DNA of 34,728 nucleotides from a virus: the UHGV virus genome UHGV-0126338; one strand, written 5' to 3'. Shown here in pieces: positions 18,892-27,840 of the stretch. The first letter of the stretch is position 1; the number at the start of each line of letters is the position of its first letter. The translations under genes were made by a program, and so were the position numbers. The notes beneath the pieces were generated by a model. The model ran no database searches and was not told where the DNA came from. It saw nothing but the letters and a program-made list of their open reading frames with translations.

Positions 18892-19285
18892 AGCAGTGCC
18901 TTATGTCCGAAATAACCCGGACAAACTGCATCTGTTTGTGGATAACGGTTCGCTGGTTGCCACCGGAGTCAGCTCCATGTCATGGGAGTATCGTTACACC
19001 CTGAACGTGGTGATTGAGGATTTCAGCGGCGACCAGAATCTGCTGATGGCCCCGGTTTTGCTGTGGCTGCGGGATAACCAGCCCGATGCAATCAATAACC
19101 CGGTGTTACGGGAAAAGTTATTCACCTTTGAGGTGGATATTTTGCGCAACGATGTCTGTGATATCAGCCTTAACCTGCAACTGACGGAACGTGTGCTGGT
19201 CAGCACTGACGGGACTGTGTCCAGCGTTGAAGCTGTAGCGGAACCCGATGAACCTGAAGAAGTGTGGACGGTGAAACGTGGTTGA
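18854..19285 (+). CDS. R: Tail completion protein R (P2 gpR-like)
   Basis: ORF 18833..19285; GTG 18854 preferred because RBS AGGAG lies 7 nt upstream. Confidence 0.8.
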   Translation: MNKPQSLRHALNKAVPYVRNNPDKLHLFVDNGSLVATGVSSMSWEYRYTLNVVIEDFSGDQNLLMAPVLLWLRDNQPDAINNPVLREKLFTFEVDILRNDVCDISLNLQLTERVLVSTDGTVSSVEAVAEPDEPEEVWTVKRG

Positions 19286-19721
19286 ACTGCAGAAGGTGGA
19301 CGACTGGCTGAGTGCTTTGCTGGCGAATCTGGAACCAGCCGCAAGAAGCCGCATGATGCGCCAGCTGGCGCAGGAACTTCGGCGGACACAGCAGCAGAAT
19401 ATCAGGATGCAGCGCAACCCTGACGGCAGCAGCTATGAACCGCGACGGGTAACAGCACGCAGTAAAAAAGGCCGTATCAAACGTCAGATGTTTGCAAAGC
19501 TGCGCACCACAAAATACCTGAAAACTGCCGCCAGTGCCGATTCTGCCAGCGTGCAGTTTGAAGGCAAGGTACAGCGCATTGCCCGTGTTCATCACTACGG
19601 CCTGCGTGATCGCGTCAGTCGAAATGGACCAGAAGTGCGATATGCTGAGCGGCAGTTACTTGGCATAGATTCTAAAATAACCGCCGTTATTCGTAATAAG
19701 CTATTTGAGTTTATTAAATAA
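19278..19721 (+). CDS. S: Tail completion protein S (P2 gpS-like)
   Basis: 147 aa, GTG start overlapping R stop. Confidence 0.8.
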   Translation: MVELQKVDDWLSALLANLEPAARSRMMRQLAQELRRTQQQNIRMQRNPDGSSYEPRRVTARSKKGRIKRQMFAKLRTTKYLKTAASADSASVQFEGKVQRIARVHHYGLRDRVSRNGPEVRYAERQLLGIDSKITAVIRNKLFEFIK

Positions 19722-19727
19722 AAACTC

Positions 19728-21524
19728 TCAGGATTGTGATAAATTTATTAAACATTGACAAAAATATTTAATGTCGTCACATATTTCATCTTTATTCATG
19801 TATTCCAGAACTTCATCTCGAGTAATTGAGAAATTATGTTTTAGTGAATTTTCGCCACTAATGAAAATTTCTTTTCCATGTGCGTCTTTTAAGGCTGCAG
19901 CTATATCTGTAGATGTTATCGAATCAGGGATAGCTAACGCATGCCTATCTCTAAAGAAGTTACGTATATCTTCTTCAGATGTCTCTGCAGCTCTTGCGAT
20001 GGCTGATATATCTAGAAAGTAATTTTCAATGTGTCTGCGACGCCATTTCATGGCTAAAAAATCACTATCGCCGTGATTAGTTGATTTATCTTTAAGATCT
20101 GCTCCTACAGAATGGTCGCTATCATCATCACGATCGCGCATGCTAATGGCTTTTAAGTCAGGAATTTCATTTTTTAATTGTTTGTATAATTGAAACCTTT
20201 CTGAAGATTTTCCAGTCCAAAGCCATGTGACAATATTTTTTGGCCATGTTAGTTCTAACTTTTTAAATATTTTTTTTAGGAATCTTTCATCGCTAACACC
20301 TTCAACAATCAACAATCTTTTGTCTTCGGTAAGTTTATGGATTTTGGGGCTAAAGATCGTGCCAATTCCACTTAATAGACCTATTTTTTCATTATCAGAT
20401 CCAAGGTATTTCCCTCTAGAATTTGATAGTGCCAAAATTTTCTGTGGTTCATAAGCCCTGATTAACTCAGTAGAGTGTGTTGCCAATAGGACCTGCTTTC
20501 CTTTTTTAATTGTTATCTCTTCTAAACGTTCAGTTAGATTTTTCTGTAATTGTGTATGTAGGTGAGCATCTGGTTCATCTAGTAGAATGACATTAAATTC
20601 TTCTGATAAGGCCAATGTATATACACTTAACCATTGAAGAAAACCGCTTCCTTCAACCATAATATCTCTAGCATTGAAGTTTTTGTGTTTTTTAAATTGA
20701 TAACCATTGACAACGCCAGCGACACATTCAATTTTTAAGTAACTATGATATTGTTCATTAAATGGAGTTACTTCAAGTTTTAAAGAAAAAAGGTCAAAGA
20801 GTGTTTTTTGTAATATTTCCCAAGGGTCTGTTTCCCTTAATAAATTAAGGTCTTTATTGGCGATTTTGTTTCGCCCTTCTTTTAACCTCCGGCGTTTGTT
20901 TTGATTCTCTAGGTGAATATCGTAAATAGAATTTCTGATTACTCCACCAGAAAGCCCCTGACCGATTAGTCGATTCCTCATTGCTGGGCTAAGACGGCTT
21001 TCTCGGTCTGTAATACCTGCAAATGGAGGGAGATAAGCTATCTGGGGTATATTCTCATTATTTGGAGAACCATCGTCATTCTGTATTTCTTGTAAAGCAA
21101 GGTTGCTAGATGTATTTTTTATAAATAATCTATCATTTGCTAATGATAAACCGATCTCTAAAAACTTCTCATTTTTTAAACTATCATCCCAAAAAAGCTT
21201 TATCTTTAGAGTATAACCATCATCTTCTGTTTGTTTTTGAGATTTTAAATTGGTCCATAAGTGGCTTAAAGACGGTATAAACATCGGCGTGAAATCGACA
21301 ATGCCTAGTCCGACACCTTGATTTGTCGCATTTTCAGTCCAACTCACTCTTCCTTTTTCAATTTCTAAAAGAGTCTTACAGAATTGCCACGTTGCCATTG
21401 CTTGCAGTAACGATGATTTACCGGAATTGTTCCCGCCGACCAGGAGGCTTAATTCGTCATTTAATTGTATTGTTGAGTTTTTATATTTTTTGAATTTCTT
21501 AAGCTCTACTTTTTTTATGTACAT
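19728..21524 (-). CDS. OLD-family ATP-dependent nuclease (N-terminal ABC-type ATPase + C-terminal Toprim), P2 Old-like
   Basis: Walker A GGNNSGKS (aa 30-37), signature-like LSGG (~aa 191), Walker B ILLDEPDAHLH (~aa 313-323), H-loop ATHS, Toprim motifs LLIVEGVSDE (~aa 405-412) and RDRDDD (~aa 463-468, nt ~20121..20138); 598 aa; AT-rich; antisense to the tail operon. Confidence 0.8.
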   Translation of the reverse strand: MYIKKVELKKFKKYKNSTIQLNDELSLLVGGNNSGKSSLLQAMATWQFCKTLLEIEKGRVSWTENATNQGVGLGIVDFTPMFIPSLSHLWTNLKSQKQTEDDGYTLKIKLFWDDSLKNEKFLEIGLSLANDRLFIKNTSSNLALQEIQNDDGSPNNENIPQIAYLPPFAGITDRESRLSPAMRNRLIGQGLSGGVIRNSIYDIHLENQNKRRRLKEGRNKIANKDLNLLRETDPWEILQKTLFDLFSLKLEVTPFNEQYHSYLKIECVAGVVNGYQFKKHKNFNARDIMVEGSGFLQWLSVYTLALSEEFNVILLDEPDAHLHTQLQKNLTERLEEITIKKGKQVLLATHSTELIRAYEPQKILALSNSRGKYLGSDNEKIGLLSGIGTIFSPKIHKLTEDKRLLIVEGVSDERFLKKIFKKLELTWPKNIVTWLWTGKSSERFQLYKQLKNEIPDLKAISMRDRDDDSDHSVGADLKDKSTNHGDSDFLAMKWRRRHIENYFLDISAIARAAETSEEDIRNFFRDRHALAIPDSITSTDIAAALKDAHGKEIFISGENSLKHNFSITRDEVLEYMNKDEICDDIKYFCQCLINLSQS

Positions 21525-21614
21525 AGTGGAGATACCTAACCTTTATTAAACCAAATCGCCTCATCATGAGAACTGGGACAGTTTACTATCTACTGAATTG
21601 TTTCTAAAGAGAAT

Positions 21615-21632
21615 TGTATCAAGTTCCAGACA
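21615..21632. promoter_or_regulatory. TGT-N12-ACA dyad (late activator site) upstream of V
   Basis: TGT ATCAAGTTCCAG ACA, centre ~57 bp upstream of the V start codon. Confidence 0.4.
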
Positions 21633-21680
21633 ATTACAATCCATTTTGGACACGCCCAATATGTGGCAATTTTTTAAGCT

Positions 21681-22259
21681 ATGAACGCACAATTAACCGA
21701 AATCATGCGCCTTATCACCAACCTGATCCGCACTGGGGTAGTCACCGAAGTGGACCGGGAGAACTGGCTTTGCCGGGTGAAAACGGGCGACCTTGAAACC
21801 AACTGGATCAGCTGGCTGACGCTGCGTGCCGGGAATGCCCGCACATGGTGGCGACCATCGGAAGGTGAACAGGTGGTGCTGCTGAGTCTGGGCGGAAATC
21901 TTGAAACCGCCTTTGCGCTGCCCGCCATCTATTCGAATCAGTTCGCACCACCGTCGACGTCGGCGGACGCCTGCGTGACAGAACATCCTGACGGTGGCTG
22001 GTTTGAATACGAACCCGCCACCGGGCGCTGGTATGTCAGAGGCATCAAATCAATGGTCATTGAGGCCGCTGACAACATCACCTTGAAAACCAGTGAGTTT
22101 GTGCTGGAGGCTGACCGCACGCGTATTAACAGCGAAGTGGCGATCAATGGTGGCGTTACCCAGGGCGGCGGTGCGATGAGTTCTAACGGGATCGTGGTTG
22201 ATGCGCATCAGCATACTGGCGTCCTGAAAGGCGGTGATACTACCGGAGGCCCGGTTTGA
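21681..22259 (+). CDS. V: Baseplate spike/assembly protein V (P2 gpV-like)
   Basis: 192 aa; N-terminus aligns by eye with P2 V. Confidence 0.85.
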   Translation: MNAQLTEIMRLITNLIRTGVVTEVDRENWLCRVKTGDLETNWISWLTLRAGNARTWWRPSEGEQVVLLSLGGNLETAFALPAIYSNQFAPPSTSADACVTEHPDGGWFEYEPATGRWYVRGIKSMVIEAADNITLKTSEFVLEADRTRINSEVAINGGVTQGGGAMSSNGIVVDAHQHTGVLKGGDTTGGPV

Positions 22260-22615
22260 CGCTTTATATCGGTATGAATAATACCAGCGGTAAAGCCATT
22301 ACTGATATTGACCATCTGCGCCAGTCGGTGCGGGACATTCTGCTGACGCCGCAGGGTAGCCGCATTGCCCGTCGGGAATATGGTTCTCTGCTGTCGGCAC
22401 TGATAGATCAGCCACAAAATCCGGCGTTACGCCTGCAGGTCATGTCGGCTGTGTATGTGGCACTGAGTCGCTGGGAGCCACGGCTGACGCTGGATTCCAT
22501 CACTATTAACAGCAATTTTGACGGTTCAATGGTGGTGGAGCTGACCGGGCGGCGGAATAACGGTGTGCCTGTGTCCCTTTCCGTATCAACAGGAGCAGAG
22601 AATGGCAGTGATTGA
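22256..22615 (+). CDS. W: Baseplate protein W (P2 gpW / gp25-like)
   Basis: 119 aa, overlapping start with V stop. Confidence 0.85.
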   Translation: MTLYIGMNNTSGKAITDIDHLRQSVRDILLTPQGSRIARREYGSLLSALIDQPQNPALRLQVMSAVYVALSRWEPRLTLDSITINSNFDGSMVVELTGRRNNGVPVSLSVSTGAENGSD

Positions 22616-23510
22616 CCTTTCGCAGTTGCCTGCACCGCAGATTGTGGATGTGCCGGACTTTGAGACGCTGCTTGCCGAACGCAAGGCAGAATTTGTGGCG
22701 CTTCATCCGAAAGATGAGCAGGAAGCAGTGATCCGCACGCTGGAACTGGAATCTGAACCAGTCACCAAATTGTTGCAGGAGAACGCTTACCGTGAGTTGC
22801 TTCTGCGCCAGCGCATTAACGAAGCCGCGCAGGCGGTGATGGTGGCTTACGCGATGGGCGGCGATCTTGACCAGCTCGCTGCCAACTACAACGTGAAACG
22901 CCTGACGGTGACGCCTGCTGATAATGACGCTGTGCCGCCCGTTGCGGCTGTGATGGAAAGCGATGAAGCGTTACGCCTGCGTGTGCCTGCAGCCTTTGAA
23001 GGGCTTTCGGTTGCGGGGCCAACTGCCGCTTATGAATTTCATGCCCGAAGCGCCGACGGTCGGGTGGCGGATGCCAGTGCAACCAGCCCGGCACCTGCAG
23101 AGGTGGTGCTGACTGTCCTTAGCCGCGAAGGCGACGGAACTGCAGAAAAAGACTTGCTGGATGTGGTGGAGAACGCCCTGAACAGTGAGAACGTCCGCCC
23201 GGTGGCTGACCGTCTGACGGTTCGCAGCGCAGAAATCATCCCGTACCGAGTGGAAGCCACCATTTTTCTTTATCCGGGACCGGAAGCAGAGCCGGTAATG
23301 GCAGCGGCAAAAGCCAGCCTGCAGAAGTACATCGCCAGTCAGACGCGTCTTGGTCGGGATATTCGCCGTAGCGCCATCTTTGCCGCCCTGCATGTTGAGG
23401 GTGTGCAGCGTGTGGAGCTGGCTTCCCCTCTGGCGGATGTGGTCCTGAACAAAACACAGGCGGCATCATGTACGCAGTGGAGCGTAACCAACGGAGGAAC
23501 GGATGAATAG
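22602..23510 (+). CDS. J: Baseplate protein J (P2 gpJ-like)
   Basis: ORF 22563..23510 trimmed to ATG 22602 (RBS AGGAG). Confidence 0.85.
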   Translation: MAVIDLSQLPAPQIVDVPDFETLLAERKAEFVALHPKDEQEAVIRTLELESEPVTKLLQENAYRELLLRQRINEAAQAVMVAYAMGGDLDQLAANYNVKRLTVTPADNDAVPPVAAVMESDEALRLRVPAAFEGLSVAGPTAAYEFHARSADGRVADASATSPAPAEVVLTVLSREGDGTAEKDLLDVVENALNSENVRPVADRLTVRSAEIIPYRVEATIFLYPGPEAEPVMAAAKASLQKYIASQTRLGRDIRRSAIFAALHVEGVQRVELASPLADVVLNKTQAASCTQWSVTNGGTDE

Positions 23511-24108
23511 TCTGCTGCCACCGGGTTCAACGCCACTGGAGCGCCGACTGGCGCAAGCGTGCAGCGGGATTTCTGATTTGCAGGTGCCGCTGCGTGACCT
23601 GTGGGATCCGGCGACCTGTCCGGTCAGTTTCCTGCCTTATCTCGCCTGGGCGTTCTCTGTGGATCGCTGGGACGAGGGCTGGACAGAAAGCGTCAAGCGC
23701 CAGGTGGTGAAGGATGCTTTTTATATTCATCAGCATAAAGGAACCACCAGTGCCGTGCGGCGGGTGGTGGAGCCGTTCGGCTTCCTGATACGAATTATTG
23801 AGTGGTGGCAGACTGGAGAAACACCGGGCACGTTTCGCCTGGACATCGGCGTGCAGGACCAGGGCATCACTGAAGATACCTATCTGGAACTTGAGCGGCT
23901 GATAAGCGATGCCAAACCATGTAGCCGTCACATGATCGGCATGTCCATCAATCTGCAAACTAGTGGCCCGCACTGGGTAGGGGCCGCCAGCTATCTTGGT
24001 GAAGAAATCACGATCTATCCGTATATCAACGAAACAATTATTTCTGGCGGCACCGCGCATGAAGGCGGGGCGGTCCATGTTATTGACACAATGAGAGTGA
24101 ATCCATGA
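23503..24108 (+). CDS. I: Baseplate/tail protein I (P2 gpI-like)
   Basis: 201 aa between J and the tail fibre gene. Confidence 0.8.
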   Translation: MNSLLPPGSTPLERRLAQACSGISDLQVPLRDLWDPATCPVSFLPYLAWAFSVDRWDEGWTESVKRQVVKDAFYIHQHKGTTSAVRRVVEPFGFLIRIIEWWQTGETPGTFRLDIGVQDQGITEDTYLELERLISDAKPCSRHMIGMSINLQTSGPHWVGAASYLGEEITIYPYINETIISGGTAHEGGAVHVIDTMRVNP

Positions 24109-25652
24109 GCACAAAATTTTATACCTTGCTGACGGATATTGGCGCGGCGAAACTTGCCAGCGCCGCCGCGCTCGGTGTGCCGTTAAAAATTACCCATATG
24201 GCGGTAGGCGATGGCGGCGGAACATTACCAACGCCGGACGCAAAGCAGACTGCACTGGTAAATGAGAAACGCCGGGCTGCGCTGAATATGCTCTATATCG
24301 ACCCGCAAAACAGCAGCCAGATTATTGCTGAACAGGTGATCCCTGAAAACGAAGGCGGTTGGTGGATACGTGAAGTGGGCCTGTTTGATGAATCCGGGGC
24401 ATTGATTGCCGTGGGCAACTGCCCGGAAAGCTATAAGCCGCAACTGGCTGAAGGCAGCGGGCGCACCCAGACCGTGCGCATGGTGCTGATTACCAGCAGC
24501 ACGGACAATATCACCCTGAAAATCGACCCTGCCGTCGTGCTGGCAACCCGCAAGTATGTGGATGATAAGGTACTGGAGCTGAAGGTGTACGTGGATGATC
24601 AGATGGCAAAACATCTTGCAGCACCGGACCCGCATTCACAGTATGCACCCAAAGAAAGCCCTATGTTTACCGGGACACCCAAAGCGCCAACGCCAGCGGC
24701 GGGGAATAACACCACGCAGGTTGCGACCACCGCGTTTGTTCAGGTGGCACTGACGGCTCTTATTAATGGTGCGCCAGCCACGCTGGACACGCTGAAAGAA
24801 ATTGCCGCAGCCATAAACAATGACCCGAAATTCAGTACCACCATTAACAATGCGCTGGCACTGAAAGCGCCGCTGTTAAGTCCGGCACTCACCGGAACGC
24901 CAACAGCCCCCACTGCCGCACAGTCGGTTAACAATACACAGATTGCCACCACGGCTTTTGTGAAATCGGCAATTGCGGCAATGGTGGGGTCTGCACCTGC
25001 TGCACTGGATACACTGAACGAACTGGCTGCGGCGCTGGGGAATGACCCGAACTTTGCCACGACAATGCTTAATGCGCTGGCAGGTAAACAACCGCTGGAC
25101 AATACGCTGACTAATTTGAGTGGAAAGGATGTAGCTGGTCTTCTCGCATACCTTGGTTTGGGAGAAGGCTCAGCGTTACCCGTTGGTGTGCCTGTTCCGT
25201 GGCCTTCAGCCACACCACCAACAGGCTGGCTGAAATGCAACGGTGCACCTTTTTCTGCCGAAGAGTACCCAAAACTGGCAAAGGCTTACCCAAAGTTAAA
25301 ATTACCGGATTTGCGCGGTGAGTTTATTCGCGGGTGGGATGATGGGCGAGGTGTTGATTCCGCGAGACTGCTGCTTTCAAGTCAGGCAGCATCTATCCTT
25401 GAACATAACCATGAAATGCATGGATGGACAGGGAACCCACTCATGGCTAGAGATGTTGGTGAATTAGGTACATCATCCGTATTTGCGGTGCAGTTGAGCA
25501 TTGGCGATGGCGGGTTATTGTATTCGTGGAAGGATGGGAGTGGAACAACAAATGACAGTAAACGAATGGATAGAACAAATCATGTCAGTTCCGGCGCCGG
25601 TGATGGTAGCCCGCGAAACATTGCATTTAACTACATTGTGAGGGCTGCATAA
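24105..25652 (+). CDS. H: Tail fibre protein H (constant N-terminal part; C-terminal ~162 aa lies inside the invertible segment)
   Basis: 515 aa with Ala/Thr-rich repeated fibre segments; recombination site at 25141..25166 inside the gene. Confidence 0.85.
   Translation: MSTKFYTLLTDIGAAKLASAAALGVPLKITHMAVGDGGGTLPTPDAKQTALVNEKRRAALNMLYIDPQNSSQIIAEQVIPENEGGWWIREVGLFDESGALIAVGNCPESYKPQLAEGSGRTQTVRMVLITSSTDNITLKIDPAVVLATRKYVDDKVLELKVYVDDQMAKHLAAPDPHSQYAPKESPMFTGTPKAPTPAAGNNTTQVATTAFVQVALTALINGAPATLDTLKEIAAAINNDPKFSTTINNALALKAPLLSPALTGTPTAPTAAQSVNNTQIATTAFVKSAIAAMVGSAPAALDTLNELAAALGNDPNFATTMLNALAGKQPLDNTLTNLSGKDVAGLLAYLGLGEGSALPVGVPVPWPSATPPTGWLKCNGAPFSAEEYPKLAKAYPKLKLPDLRGEFIRGWDDGRGVDSARLLLSSQAASILEHNHEMHGWTGNPLMARDVGELGTSSVFAVQLSIGDGGLLYSWKDGSGTTNDSKRMDRTNHVSSGAGDGSPRNIAFNYIVRAA
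25141..25166. repeat. Left inversion crossover site (gix/hix/pix-like)
   Basis: TTCTCGCATACCTTGGTTTGGGAGAA; its 14-bp end TTGGTTTGGGAGAA is an exact inverted copy of the end of the site at 27052..27077. Confidence 0.6.
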
Positions 25653-26255
25653 ATGGAACAGGCTATTTTGGGAAAAGACGGTTACGCTTTAAATGATGGG
25701 GAAATCATCGTACATAACTATGATGGCGAAACGCGGGAATATATTTCTACATCAACTGAATATCTCGCTGTCGGAGTCGGTATCCCGGCATGTTCCTGTC
25801 TGGATGCACCAGGTACACATAAAGCTGGTTATGCAATCTGTCGCTCTGTAGATTTAAATTCATGGGAATATGTGCCAGACCATCGCGGTGAAACGGTCTA
25901 TAGCACCAAAACAGGAGAATCAAAAGAAATCACCGCTCCGGGTGATTACCCTGAAAATACAACCACTATCGCCCCATTAACGCCATACGATAAATGGGAT
26001 GGTGAGAAATGGGTGACCGATACTGAGGCACAGCATAGCGCCGCAGTAGACGCGGCAGAAGCACAGCGCCAGTCACTGATTGATGCTGCAATGGCTTCCA
26101 TTAGTCTGATTCAACTGAAATTGCAGGCCGGACGTAAACTGACGCAGGCAGAAACAACCAGACTTAACGCTGTGCTGGATTACATTGACGCGGTGACGGC
26201 AACAGATACCAGCACCGCGCCGGATGTCATCTGGCCTGAACTGCCGGAGGCGTAG
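25653..26255 (+). CDS. G: Tail fibre assembly chaperone (P2 gpG-like), active orientation
   Basis: 200 aa immediately after H; C-terminus ...APDVIWPELPEA. Confidence 0.8.
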   Translation: MEQAILGKDGYALNDGEIIVHNYDGETREYISTSTEYLAVGVGIPACSCLDAPGTHKAGYAICRSVDLNSWEYVPDHRGETVYSTKTGESKEITAPGDYPENTTTIAPLTPYDKWDGEKWVTDTEAQHSAAVDAAEAQRQSLIDAAMASISLIQLKLQAGRKLTQAETTRLNAVLDYIDAVTATDTSTAPDVIWPELPEA

Positions 26256-26670
26256 GCCATTCAATATCTGGCGCACTGGAGGTATCAACCAGCTCCAGTG
26301 CATCCAGATAATCCAGCCACAAATTATATTGCGCCAGTTCCTCACCTTTCAGACGACCAATAGCGGCTTTACCGGGCCATTGCTTACTGTTCATGTATTC
26401 GTTGGCCTGGTTAATTAGTAGCTGTCTTTCTGATTCAGTAATTTCAATAAGCTCTTCATGCGTGGGTGGAGGAATATCTGCCCACGCAGGCAGCCCATCA
26501 TCTCCGGCAATACGGATTTTTCCTTGTGGCGGTTCAGCCATAAACTCACTGATAATATTTTGATTTACTTCCTTAGCGTCTGATAAATCCCATCCCTCTG
26601 ATTTATATTTATCAATCATATCCACAGGGAAAAAAGCATTATGCCTTGCGCTATAAACATATTCGTTCAT
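26227..26670 (-). CDS. Alternative tail fibre assembly chaperone (silent orientation within the invertible segment)
   Basis: Minus-strand ORF 26227..26679 trimmed to ATG 26670; C-terminus ...APDIEWPTPPAVQAR parallels G; tail-to-tail overlap with G. Confidence 0.7.
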   Translation of the reverse strand: MNEYVYSARHNAFFPVDMIDKYKSEGWDLSDAKEVNQNIISEFMAEPPQGKIRIAGDDGLPAWADIPPPTHEELIEITESERQLLINQANEYMNSKQWPGKAAIGRLKGEELAQYNLWLDYLDALELVDTSSAPDIEWPTPPAVQAR

Positions 26671-26690
26671 ATAAATCACCCTGAATAAAA

Positions 26691-27077
26691 TTACTCACCA
26701 ACAGCCCACCAACTGTAATTCATCGATACCGTGTCGCTGGTTGATGACGTTCTGTAAGCAGAATTAAAGCCGGTTAACGTTGGGCCTTCTGCAGTCATCA
26801 CGAACCCTCGCCCAGCGCCTAAAGGCGCACCGCCATCACCAGAATGAGTAAGCATGGCGCAGTCCGCTTTTTTGGGGAAAGGGATGCTGAATGTAATTCT
26901 CATTGTTTGCGTCGATAATGTCGGCGTAACCGCACCACGACCATATTGCAGGATTTTCCCGTTGGGTAATTTCATCCATCCATCACCACTGGCAAAAGAG
27001 GCCATGTCCGGTATCTGATTTTCCCCTGTCCCCACATCCCGTTTTGCCGCTTCTCCCAAACCAACGTTTATGAAAAT
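26691..27077 (-). other. Promoterless alternative tail-fibre C-terminal cassette (alternative H variable part), in frame through the right crossover site
   Basis: Minus-strand frame encodes ...VGLGEAAKRDVG... across the site, matching ...YLGLGEGSALPVG... at the left site in H; ends at stop 26691. Confidence 0.6.
27052..27077. repeat. Right inversion crossover site
   Basis: TTCTCCCAAACCAACGTTTATGAAAA; inverted relative to 25141..25166; resembles hix/gix-type sites. Confidence 0.6.
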
Positions 27078-27131
27078 GCAGAGATAACGGCTAACAGGCA
27101 TCATCTCCGGTTTTTATTCAGGGGGATGATC

Positions 27132-27698
27132 ATGCTTATTGGCTATGTACGCGTGTCAACAAATGACCAGAACACCGATTTGCAACGCAATGCACTGAAC
27201 TGTGCGGGATGTGAGCGGATTTTTGAGGATAAAATCAGTGGCACCAAGTCCGACAGACCGGGGCTGAAAAAGCTGCTCAGGACACTATCGGCAGGAGACA
27301 CTCTGGTTGTCTGGAAGCTGGACAGGTTGGGGCGCAGTATGCGGCATCTTGTTACGCTGATAGAAGAGTTGCGTCAGCGTGGCGTGAATTTCCGAAGCCT
27401 GACTGACAGTATTGATACCAGTACCCCAATGGGCCGTTTCTTTTTTCATGTCATGGGTGCCCTGGCTGAAATGGAACGCGAACTGATAGTTGAACGTACC
27501 AGGGCAGGGCTGGCTGCAGCTCGTGCCAAAGGCAGAGTAGGTGGACGCCGTCCTAAGTTGACCACCGAACAGTGGGCACAGATTGGGCGTTTACTCGAGG
27601 CCGGAGAATCAATACAGCGTATTGCACTGATTTTTGATGTAGGCGTTTCTACCATTTATAGAAAATTTCCGGCAAATAAGATCAATGAATCCCCCTGA
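27132..27698 (+). CDS. Serine DNA invertase (Gin/Hin/Pin/Cin family)
   Basis: MLIGYVRVSTNDQ... catalytic serine motif and C-terminal HTH; near-identical N-terminus to Mu Gin from memory; ORF 27126..27698 with ATG 27132 preferred. Confidence 0.9.
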   Translation: MLIGYVRVSTNDQNTDLQRNALNCAGCERIFEDKISGTKSDRPGLKKLLRTLSAGDTLVVWKLDRLGRSMRHLVTLIEELRQRGVNFRSLTDSIDTSTPMGRFFFHVMGALAEMERELIVERTRAGLAAARAKGRVGGRRPKLTTEQWAQIGRLLEAGESIQRIALIFDVGVSTIYRKFPANKINESP

Positions 27699-27746
27699 AT
27701 CAGCATTATGTTGATTATCCCTGCAAGCAGACAAATACCGTTATTT

Positions 27747-27764
27747 TGTGTGAATAACGACACA
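27747..27764. promoter_or_regulatory. TGT-N12-ACA dyad (late activator site) upstream of FI
   Basis: TGT GTGAATAACGAC ACA, centre ~85 bp upstream of the FI start codon. Confidence 0.45.
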
Positions 27765-27840
27765 ACTGCGCTTAGCTGTTTGTCAGGCACAATCACTTCA
27801 ACATAGGGCGAAGCCTAATCCAATCAGGAGGTTCGCCACT

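Larger units (their letters stand above)
25141..27077. mobile_element. Invertible tail-fibre host-range segment (~1.9 kb, G-segment-like)
   Basis: Bounded by inverted 26-bp sites; carries two tail-to-tail sets of fibre C-terminus plus chaperone; Gin/Pin-type invertase gene immediately adjacent. Confidence 0.6.

Noticed and set aside
19728-21524. Gabija (GajA/GajB) or two-gene PARIS interpretation of the ATPase-Toprim gene
   Set aside because: No adjacent helicase or second DUF4435-type gene; a single ~600-aa protein the size of P2 Old, so class-1 OLD is the simpler reading. A fused variant cannot be excluded without a search.
21614-21796. 60-aa plus-strand ORF overlapping the V promoter and start
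   Set aside because: Overlaps the V start region in another frame and has no RBS.
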